DNA of 64,000 nucleotides from Planctomycetota bacterium (GTDB lineage Bacteria; Planctomycetota; JAJSAM01; JAJVHW01): NCBI GenBank assembly GCA_022072415.1, contig JAJVHW010000063.1, positions 12,358 to 76,357 of the forward strand, read 5' to 3'. Shown piece by piece: positions 56,766 to 64,000 of this stretch (position 1 is its first letter; each line of letters starts with the position of its first letter). The notes under the pieces were generated by a model. It saw only the letters and a program-made list of their open reading frames with translations, ran no database searches and was not told where the DNA came from. The position numbers and the translations under genes were made by a program.

Positions 56766-59700
56766 GTGACCGCCCTCCGGCTCGCCGCCGCGCTTCTCGC
56801 CGCCCTCGGGGCGGTCGCGTGTCCGCATCCCGCCCGGGCGCAGGACGACCCGTCGGCCGAGGCGGACGAAGTCCCCCGCGTGCTGCCGGTGGACGTGGCG
56901 TGCGAGGTGGACACGTCGGAGTCGGCGGTCACGGGGCTCTTCCGGATCAAGCTCGCGTACTCCGTCGCGGCCGACATCCGGCGGCCGTGGGCGCCGCTCG
57001 TCGAGGTGTGGCAGGGGAAGGAGACCCTGCTGTCGTGGATGCCCGCGGTGGACCCTCCGATGCTCCGGTGGACGAAGGGCATGAGGGTGCCCCTCGAACT
57101 CACGGCTCCGCTCCCGGCGGATCGCGATCCGGCGGAGACGCTCCCGCTCGAGGTCCGCGTCGCGTTCGTCGAGCCGAAGTCCGGCGCGATCGTCCCGCCG
57201 CAGGACGGCGTCTCGTTCCGCCAGGCCCGGTCCCTCGCGGCCGAGTTCACGCCGCCCGACGTGCCGGAGGTGCGGAGCGAGGAGCGCGTCGCCGAGATCG
57301 TGAAGGTCGCGCAGGGCTTCGCGGCGGCGGGACGGAAGCCCGACGCCTGGGCCGCGCTCGAGGCGGGGCTGCGCGCGTCGTCGGACGACCGCACGAAGGC
57401 CCGCTTCCGCGACGCGATCGCGGCGCTCGGCGACTTCCCGCCGCGGCCGCTCTCTGCGGTGGAGTCGAAGATCGTCGCCGACCGGATCGAGGACGAGCGG
57501 CAGCGCTACCTCCGCATCGCCGCGGGGCGCCTCCGCGACCGCGGGAAGCTCCACGCGTCGCTCCGCATCCTCGAGTCGATCGGCGGGAAGCTCGACGCCG
57601 ACGTGGACAAGGCGGTGCTCGGCGCGCTGAACGCCGCCGCGCGCACGCAGAAGTCCCTCCTCGACCTGAAGGAGGAGATCTGGGGCCGCATCACGCCGGC
57701 GGAGAAGGCCGCGGCGGAGAAGGAGGCGAAGGAGCTCGGGAAGACGAAGGCGTGCCTCGAACGCGCGCGGGAGCTCGCGAAGGCGGGGCGGTTCGCCGAG
57801 GCGAACGCCCTCTATGCGTCGCTCGCCTGGGAGGCGCCGAAGGACGTGCGCGCCGCGGCCTCCGACGACGTGAAGGAGATGCGGAAGCTCTGGCTCGCGA
57901 CGATGCCGCCCGGGGAGCAGGAGCTCTGCGACGCGGAGCTCCACCATCCGTCGTTCGCGCGCACCTCGGCCGCGCTCTCGCACCACTTCGTGTTCATCGG
58001 CCCGAAGCAGCTCGTGGAGACGATCCCCGCGCAGTCCCGCCTCTGGTTCGACCTCGCGTACGTGCACCTGACCGACCTCTTCGGCCGCCGGCCGAACCCG
58101 GAGGGGGACCGCGTCACCGTCTACTTCAAGGAGCTCTTCGACTTCGCCGGCGGGATCGGGGGCGGGAAGACGATCGACATCGGGAACGCGAAGCACGACG
58201 CGACGGGGACGCGCGTGGACAACGGACTCCTCTTCCACGAGCTGACCCACTGCATCGACGACACGAAGCCCGTCTACTCGGGGCACCGCGAGGGTCTCGC
58301 CGACTTCGGCGCGGCGTACGCGCACGAGGCGCTCGGCAGAGGGCCCGAGGCGCGCGCGTCGATCGCGTCGTCGCTCGCCGCGTTCCGCGCCGACTACCTG
58401 CTCCGCGACCTCGAGTACTGGCGGATCCCGAACTACGGCCCGTCGGCCGGGTTCTTCCTCCACTTCTCCGAGACGTTCGCGAAGCAGCCCGACGGGCGCC
58501 ACGACTGGGCGCCGTGGAGGAAGTTCTTCCGCTCGTACCGAAGGGCCGCGATCCGCGACGGGCGCGAGTCGTACGTGGCGCGTGGCATGGCGCACTTCCT
58601 CGTGCAGTCCTTCGGCCCGGCCGCCTTCGACGAACTCGTGAAGTTCCGCTGGCCCCTCTCCGAGACCGACCGCGCGTCCCTCGCGCGGGAGTTCGGCGTG
58701 TACGAGGAGGGCGACGGCGCCATCGCCGACTCCGAGAGCGTCGAGAAGCACGCGCCCACGTCGCCGCTCCGGCGGGACCTGATCGCGCGGCGGGCGATCG
58801 AGGCGTTCCGGATCCAGGACCACGACGAGGCGCGGAGGATCTGCGCGCAGGAACTCGGCATCCTCTACGAGTGGCGCGTGATCGGGCCGTTCGAGGGGAA
58901 GGACGCCGACCCGCTCGTGCAGGTGTTCCCGCCGGAGGTCGAGACCGACTTCGCCAAGGAGTACCCGCAGAGGCAGAACATCGCGCGGTGGAAGGCCGTC
59001 GGCGAGCCGGGCCCCGTGCAGATCGACTCGCTCGGGTGGGTGACGATCAAGTACGCGTACATGGAGGACACCGCGACCTACGCGCACTGCCACGTGAACG
59101 TGGACAAGGACCAGGACGCGCTCGTGCACCTCCGCGCCGACGACGACTTCGCGCTCTTCCTGAACGGCGAGCGCGTGGAGTCGTTCGTGAACCGCGGATG
59201 GAACGACAGCACGCCGCTCTGGTGGCGCGGACCGGTCGGCACCGCGCCGGACGCGATGCGGCTCCCCGTGAAGCTCCGCGCGGGGAAGAACCGGATCCTC
59301 CTCAAGGTGAAGAACCGGAGCGGTCCGGCCGGGTTCGTGGTGGCGCTCTCGCGTCCCGACGGGGGGCTCGTCCCGGGGCTCTTCCCCGACATCGACCCGC
59401 CGCCCCCGCGGGAAGGCAAGGCGCCCGCGGAGCCGAAGTGGCAGACCGTCGCGAAGCACGAGTTCAAGGGGAAGAGCGGCGCGCAGAAGCTCGACGTGCC
59501 GGTCGGCGGCTTCGATACCGCGAACAAGGCGCTCGCGGGCACGTCCACCGCGAAGGGCGTCGCGTGGCGGAAGTACACGGTCCGCCCCGGGTTCCCGAAG
59601 GACAGCCCGTCGAACGCCGCGTGGCTGAAGGCGAAGGAGACGGAGGGGCTCGAGGACTTCCGCCTGACGATGACGCTCGTCCCGCCGAAGGGCGACGCGC

Positions 59701-60035
59701 CGAAGCTCGCCGTGACGTTCCAGGGCGAAGGCGGCGGCGACGGGCTCTCCGGATGGAACATCCTCCTCTGGAACGCGGGAGGGAAGGCGGGCGGGCAGGT
59801 CGAGCGCTACGAGGACCTGCAGTACCAGTGGGGCGCCGCGGAGTTCCCGGCGCGCGAGGAGATGGAACTCGTCGTCGAGGTCGTGGCGCGGCGGCTCTCG
59901 TTGCGGATCAACGGAGCGACGCTGCTCGAGAAGGCCCCGATCAAGCCGATCCCGGGGAAGTCGCGGATCGGCTTCTTCACGTGGGGCGCGGACCCGAAGA
60001 TCGCGTCGCTGCTGCTCGAGACGCCGAAGAAGTGA
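56766..60035 (+). CDS. Large secreted multidomain protein with an HExxH motif and C-terminal jelly-roll / ConA-like (DUF1080-like) domains
   Basis: Signal peptide MTALRLAAALLAALGAVA. Central LLFHELTHCIDD (HExxH). Later segments are DDFALFLNGERV...KNRILLKVKNRSGPAGFVVAL and a C-terminal LSLRINGATLLEKAPI...GFFTWGADPKIASLLLE. Confidence 0.7.
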   Translation: MTALRLAAALLAALGAVACPHPARAQDDPSAEADEVPRVLPVDVACEVDTSESAVTGLFRIKLAYSVAADIRRPWAPLVEVWQGKETLLSWMPAVDPPMLRWTKGMRVPLELTAPLPADRDPAETLPLEVRVAFVEPKSGAIVPPQDGVSFRQARSLAAEFTPPDVPEVRSEERVAEIVKVAQGFAAAGRKPDAWAALEAGLRASSDDRTKARFRDAIAALGDFPPRPLSAVESKIVADRIEDERQRYLRIAAGRLRDRGKLHASLRILESIGGKLDADVDKAVLGALNAAARTQKSLLDLKEEIWGRITPAEKAAAEKEAKELGKTKACLERARELAKAGRFAEANALYASLAWEAPKDVRAAASDDVKEMRKLWLATMPPGEQELCDAELHHPSFARTSAALSHHFVFIGPKQLVETIPAQSRLWFDLAYVHLTDLFGRRPNPEGDRVTVYFKELFDFAGGIGGGKTIDIGNAKHDATGTRVDNGLLFHELTHCIDDTKPVYSGHREGLADFGAAYAHEALGRGPEARASIASSLAAFRADYLLRDLEYWRIPNYGPSAGFFLHFSETFAKQPDGRHDWAPWRKFFRSYRRAAIRDGRESYVARGMAHFLVQSFGPAAFDELVKFRWPLSETDRASLAREFGVYEEGDGAIADSESVEKHAPTSPLRRDLIARRAIEAFRIQDHDEARRICAQELGILYEWRVIGPFEGKDADPLVQVFPPEVETDFAKEYPQRQNIARWKAVGEPGPVQIDSLGWVTIKYAYMEDTATYAHCHVNVDKDQDALVHLRADDDFALFLNGERVESFVNRGWNDSTPLWWRGPVGTAPDAMRLPVKLRAGKNRILLKVKNRSGPAGFVVALSRPDGGLVPGLFPDIDPPPPREGKAPAEPKWQTVAKHEFKGKSGAQKLDVPVGGFDTANKALAGTSTAKGVAWRKYTVRPGFPKDSPSNAAWLKAKETEGLEDFRLTMTLVPPKGDAPKLAVTFQGEGGGDGLSGWNILLWNAGGKAGGQVERYEDLQYQWGAAEFPAREEMELVVEVVARRLSLRINGATLLEKAPIKPIPGKSRIGFFTWGADPKIASLLLETPKK

Positions 60036-60062
60036 CGCGGGGGGCCGTGGCCGCAGGGCGGG

Positions 60063-61328
60063 TCATCCGCCCCGCGCCCCGCCGCGCGCCGGCAGCACGA
60101 GCGACAGCCCGAGCGCGGCGGCGAGGGCGAGCGTCCCCGCGGCGAGGAACGCGGCCGCGCTGCCCCATGCGGACCACGCGAGGCCGAAGAGGAGCGACGC
60201 GGGGAATGCGCCGAGCGCGATGACCGCGTGGAACCACCCGAACGCCGCGCCGCGCCGCGGTGCGGGCACGAGATCCGCCACGAGCGCCTTCTCGACGCCC
60301 TCGGTGAGGCCGAAGAAGACGCCGTAGCCGAGGAAGACCGCCCACGCGTGCCACGTCTCCGTGGCGAACGCGAAGCCCGCGTACGTCGCGGCGAACCACG
60401 TCCATCCGGCGAAGAGGACCGGGCGGCGCCCGATGCGGTCGGAGAGGGCGCCCGCAGGCGTCGAGGAGAGCGACTTCACGACGTGGTGCGCGGCCCAGAG
60501 GAGCGGGATCTGCGCGGCGGGGACGCCGAGTTCCGCGGCGCGGAGGAGGAGAAAGGCGTCGGCGCAGTTCGCGAGGGTGAACACGAAGAGGACGCCGAGG
60601 TAGCGCGTGAACGGACGGCCGAACGGCGCGGCCGTGCGTACGACCTCCGCCGCCGCGCGGGGCGGATTCGGCGCGCGGGGGACGTCCCGCACGAGCAGCA
60701 GCAGCACCGCCACTGCCGCGAGCCCCGGGACCGCGGCGAGCCAGAAGACCGTCCGCATCTCCATCTCGAACGCGGTCATCAGCGCGAACGCGACGAGCGG
60801 TCCGACGACGGCCCCCGCGTGGTCCGCCGCGCGATGGAACCCGTACGCGCGGCCCCGCTGCGACTCGGGCACCGAGTCCGCGATGAGCGCGTCGCGGGGA
60901 GACGTGCGGATGCCCTTCCCGACGCGGTCGGTGAGACGCACCGCGAGCACGTGCGCCGCCGAACCCGCCGCTGCGACGAGGGGCCGCGCCAATGCGGCGA
61001 CCGCGTATCCGGCCGCGACGAGGGGCTTCCGCCGGGACATGCGATCCGACATCCGCCCGCTCGCGAGCTTGAGGAACGCCGACACCGTCTCGGCCGCTCC
61101 CTCGATCGCGCCGAGGGCCGCCGTCCCCGCGCCCAGCGTCCGCGTGAGGAAGCCCGGGAGCAGCGGGTAGATCATCTCGCTCGCGACGTCGGTCAGGAAC
61201 GACACCGCCGCGAGCGCCCGCACGTTCGCGGGGAGCGGCGCGGCCGAGGCGTGCGCTCCGGTCGGCGTGGCTCCCTGCGCGACGGCCGGTTCCGGCGCGT
61301 CGTCGGTCGTGCGCGGCGCGTCGGCCAT
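60063..61328 (-). CDS. MFS transporter
   Basis: Start MADAPRTT (ATG ending at 61328). About 12 TM segments. MFS motifs LTDVASEMIYPLLPGFL, GRMSDRMSRRKP, GALSDRIGRRP. Confidence 0.85.
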   Translation of the reverse strand: MADAPRTTDDAPEPAVAQGATPTGAHASAAPLPANVRALAAVSFLTDVASEMIYPLLPGFLTRTLGAGTAALGAIEGAAETVSAFLKLASGRMSDRMSRRKPLVAAGYAVAALARPLVAAAGSAAHVLAVRLTDRVGKGIRTSPRDALIADSVPESQRGRAYGFHRAADHAGAVVGPLVAFALMTAFEMEMRTVFWLAAVPGLAAVAVLLLLVRDVPRAPNPPRAAAEVVRTAAPFGRPFTRYLGVLFVFTLANCADAFLLLRAAELGVPAAQIPLLWAAHHVVKSLSSTPAGALSDRIGRRPVLFAGWTWFAATYAGFAFATETWHAWAVFLGYGVFFGLTEGVEKALVADLVPAPRRGAAFGWFHAVIALGAFPASLLFGLAWSAWGSAAAFLAAGTLALAAALGLSLVLPARGGARGG

Positions 61329-61350
61329 GCCCCGATGCTGCACCCGGGGG

Positions 61351-61384
61351 GCGGCGCGGCCCGGTGACTTTCGTCCCGCGCCGC
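61351..61384 (-). terminator. 9-bp GC stem (gcggcgcgg / ccgcgccgc) with a 16-nt loop just downstream of the upstream minus-strand gene; possible terminator
   Basis: Read directly. It lies between the stop at 61403 and the MFS start at 61328. No U-tract. Confidence 0.35.
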
Positions 61385-61402
61385 GGCGACGGCGGACGTC
61401 CG

Positions 61403-64000
61403 CTACTTCTCCTGCCCGGCCGGCCCCGCGTCCACGAGGCGGATGTCGCCGAGGTCGGCGGTCTGGCCGCCGGCGACGGACCACGTCACCTCGGCGCGGA
61501 GGCGCCGCCCGCGCTGGTCGGACGTGACGACGAGCCTGCCCGCGCCCGGCGGCACGGTGTCGAGCTCGAACCGCCCGCCGCGGTCGAAGTAGCTGTCCGT
61601 CGTCTCCTCGCCCGATTCGGCGGTCAGGTGGAGCGTCGCGAACCCGACCGGCTTCCCCGTCGTCCCGAGCACGCGCCCCTTCAGCGCGCCCGCGGCCGTG
61701 AGCCGCACCGCGATCTCGCCCGCGCCGGACGACGCGACGACGTGCTCGGTGCGGTGCCTCTGCGCGGACACGGAGATCCGGTACTCGCCCGGATCGAGTC
61801 CGCGCAGTTCGGCCGCGCCGCCCGCCGTGTCCACCGCCGGCGTCGTCTTCTGGTCCGACGTCCGCACCCCCGAGACGTTCGCCGCCATGGGCTTCCCGTC
61901 CGGGCCCGTCACGCGGACCACGAGCCGGTGACCGACCGCGCAGTCGATCCGCAGTTCCTGGCCCTCGGCCGGGACGTCCTCGACCTTCGTCGTGACGACG
62001 TTCCGCGCCACGGCATCGCTCCCCGACTCCGCGGCCGCAGCGGTCACGCGGTACTTCCCGGGATGGAGCCCGCGGAGCACGGCGCGGCCGTCGCCGTCGG
62101 TGACCGCATCCACCTCGCCCGCGGCGGCGGGGCGGGGGAACTCGACTCCGCCGATGCGCATCACGCCGCCGCTCTCGGCCGACCCGGCGGGCGTCGCGGT
62201 CACGCTCGCCCCCCGGACCGGCTTCCCGTCGGCGTGTACGACGGCGGTGATCGTGCGCGGGACGATCATCACCACGCGGACCGGACCGCCGCCCGTCGCG
62301 CAGCGGAGCTCCCTCGGCGGCAGCAGGTCCGCCGCCTCCACCTCCACGCGGTGCTCGCCCGCGGCGAGCCCCGCAGCGCGGAAGGCGCCCGTGTCGTCGC
62401 TCGTCGCGCGGACGGTGTCGCCGGACCCGCCCCCGAAGATGGCGCGCGCAGAGCTCTTGAACGGCGTGAAGGTGAGCTTCGCGCCGCGGACCTGCGCGCC
62501 GCGGTCGTCCACGACGACGCCCTCGATCGTCTCGCCCGCGTCGAGGACGATGTCGAACGCCGACGTCTGCTCGTCGGCGACCTCGACGCCCGTCTTCGTG
62601 AACGGACGGAACCCCTCGCGCTTCGCGCGGAGGATCACCTTGCCGGGCCGAACGCCCGTCATGCGATACCGCCCCTCGGCGTCCGTCCTCGCGTGCGGCT
62701 CGCTTCCGTCGAGGTCCGAGCCGCCGAGCATCGCGGCGATGGGGTTGCCTCCGCCGGTCTCCGGCGACATCCATCGGATCTCCGCGCCCTCGACGCCCTT
62801 CCCTCCGGACAGCACGACGCCCTCGACCACGCCGCCCGCGCGGAGCACGAGTTCCACCGACGGCGCGGTGACTCCCGGATCCGCGCGGAGCTTCTCCGAC
62901 TCGGCGGAGATGAGGCCCGTCTTCGTCGCCTTCACGCGGAAGTCGCGCCCCGGCGCCGCCTCCGCGGTGAACGTGCCGTCCTTGCCGGTGACGAGCCCCC
63001 CGGACTTCACGGATCCCATCATCCCGCCGAGCATCTCCTCCATCTCGAAGGCGGCGAGGCCCGACTTCACGGGCGCGATCTCCACGGTCGCGCCCTCGAC
63101 GGGCAGATTCCCCGGACCGGTGACGCGGCCCGTCACGATCGCCGCGCGGTCGAGCTCGACCGTGCGCTCGATGACGCGCCCGGGCGCCGCCTGGATGTCG
63201 AGCCCCGTCCCGGGGTCGTCCTTGGGTTCGCCCTTCGCGCCGCCGATCGCCTGGGCCACGGCCAGGAACGCGCCGAGCCCCGACGACGACTCGTCGCCCT
63301 CGGCGTACCAGCCGCGTTTCTCGATCGAGATGCGCGCCGGTCCCGTGGCGATCCCGCGGATCTCGACGCGACCCTGCGCGTCGGTCACGCCCTCCGTCGA
63401 GTGGCCGAGCCCGAAGATGCCGCCCGAGGCGACCTTCACGCGGGCCGACGGAATCCCGTCCTGCGTGCCGCGCGCGACGACGCGGCCGCGGAGCGTCGCG
63501 CCCTCGGGGAAGGCGATGTCGAACACGTTGACGCCGGGCGTCGTCTCCGTGGTCACCGACTTCGCGCCGCCGCCGAAGAAGCCGAGTTCGCCGAGCACCG
63601 ACGCGCCGAACGGGGCGTGGCCCGAGGCCGTGGCCGAGATGCCGACCGTCACTCCCGACGCGAGCCCGCGGATCCGGTAGGCGCCCGCGGCGTCCGACGA
63701 CGCGCTGCCCTTCCGCCCCGTGCCGGTCTCGGACACGGTGACGGTGGCGCCCGCGACGGCCTTCCCGTCGGCCGACGTGACACGTCCGGTCATCTCGGCG
63801 TCGCCTTCGAGCGCGAAGTCGAGCGTGCCCTCGTGGCCCGGGAACGTGACCGAACTCTTCCCGGGAGCGACCTCGCCGTCCAGTTGGAGCGCCACGTTCC
63901 AGTCGCCCGCCGAGAGGTGCGCGACCTCGTACGTGCCGTCGGCGGCCGTCGTCGCGGACTGGACGCGCGCGAACAGCTTCGCGAGGCCCGCGGGGCCGTC
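61403..64000 (-). CDS. Carboxypeptidase-regulatory-like (CarboxypepD_reg) repeat protein, 5' end beyond the window
   Basis: At least 9 tandem ~85-aa units fit the pattern GRV..-DGKPV.GA.V....-DGRF.L.GL.PG.Y.V. The frame stays open from 63895 to nt 64000 (…DGTYEVAHLSAGDWNV…), so the listed Met is an internal GTG. Confidence 0.8.
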   Translation of the reverse strand, partial: DGPAGLAKLFARVQSATTAADGTYEVAHLSAGDWNVALQLDGEVAPGKSSVTFPGHEGTLDFALEGDAEMTGRVTSADGKAVAGATVTVSETGTGRKGSASSDAAGAYRIRGLASGVTVGISATASGHAPFGASVLGELGFFGGGAKSVTTETTPGVNVFDIAFPEGATLRGRVVARGTQDGIPSARVKVASGGIFGLGHSTEGVTDAQGRVEIRGIATGPARISIEKRGWYAEGDESSSGLGAFLAVAQAIGGAKGEPKDDPGTGLDIQAAPGRVIERTVELDRAAIVTGRVTGPGNLPVEGATVEIAPVKSGLAAFEMEEMLGGMMGSVKSGGLVTGKDGTFTAEAAPGRDFRVKATKTGLISAESEKLRADPGVTAPSVELVLRAGGVVEGVVLSGGKGVEGAEIRWMSPETGGGNPIAAMLGGSDLDGSEPHARTDAEGRYRMTGVRPGKVILRAKREGFRPFTKTGVEVADEQTSAFDIVLDAGETIEGVVVDDRGAQVRGAKLTFTPFKSSARAIFGGGSGDTVRATSDDTGAFRAAGLAAGEHRVEVEAADLLPPRELRCATGGGPVRVVMIVPRTITAVVHADGKPVRGASVTATPAGSAESGGVMRIGGVEFPRPAAAGEVDAVTDGDGRAVLRGLHPGKYRVTAAAAESGSDAVARNVVTTKVEDVPAEGQELRIDCAVGHRLVVRVTGPDGKPMAANVSGVRTSDQKTTPAVDTAGGAAELRGLDPGEYRISVSAQRHRTEHVVASSGAGEIAVRLTAAGALKGRVLGTTGKPVGFATLHLTAESGEETTDSYFDRGGRFELDTVPPGAGRLVVTSDQRGRRLRAEVTWSVAGGQTADLGDIRLVDAGPAGQEK

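Overview
This is a 64-kb, visibly GC-rich bacterial chromosomal segment (about 70 % GC judged by eye, not computed). All calls come from reading the sequence and the ORF track; no searches were run, and family assignments rest on motifs recognised from memory.

Real genes stand out from many long Arg/Pro/Gly-rich shadow ORFs by near-saturated G/C at codon position 3. I call about 42 protein genes, one tRNA-Arg(CCT), a few coding remnants, several GC-rich hairpins and one inverted-repeat element. There is no rRNA, no CRISPR array and no intact transposase or integrase.

The gene content suggests a Planctomycetota-like or similar environmental high-GC lineage, which is inference only. It includes a YD/RHS protein, a prenyltransferase-like toroid protein, an FGE-domain protein, TPR Ser/Thr kinases, ConA/DUF1080-like domains and carboxypeptidase-regulatory-like repeats.

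Housekeeping and ordinary genes:
- glyA, an Fpg/Nei glycosylase, a TrpB2-type PLP enzyme and a phnDCEE phosphonate ABC transporter
- an XPB-like helicase with its helicase-associated partner
- an MFS transporter, a porin and membrane glycosyltransferase-like proteins

Most interesting regions:
1. A minus-strand, translationally coupled operon (46725..56673) encodes, in order: a ferritin-like (VioB/RebD-type) protein, a LodA-like cysteine-tryptophylquinone amino-acid oxidase homologue, a radical-SAM/SPASM enzyme, a LodB-like flavoprotein with a PqqD-like tail, and a SAM-domain/class III cyclase/STAND-TPR protein. This goes well beyond the canonical two-gene lodAB arrangement and is my best candidate for an undescribed system.
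2. A tRNA-Arg-adjacent accessory stretch (32612..38745) carries a DUF433/PIN-like (VapBC45-type) pair fused into an operon with a SWIM zinc-finger protein, a small coding remnant, a phosphorothioate-sensing SBD-HNH restriction endonuclease homologue and an orphan 498-aa protein.
3. A 231-bp element bounded by 26-bp near-perfect inverted repeats sits in a divergent intergenic region (5152..5382).
4. A co-directional cluster (19030..24923) encodes a ParB-N-peptide-like disordered protein, an S1 protease, a zinc-ribbon vWA protein and a MORN-M50 protease fusion.
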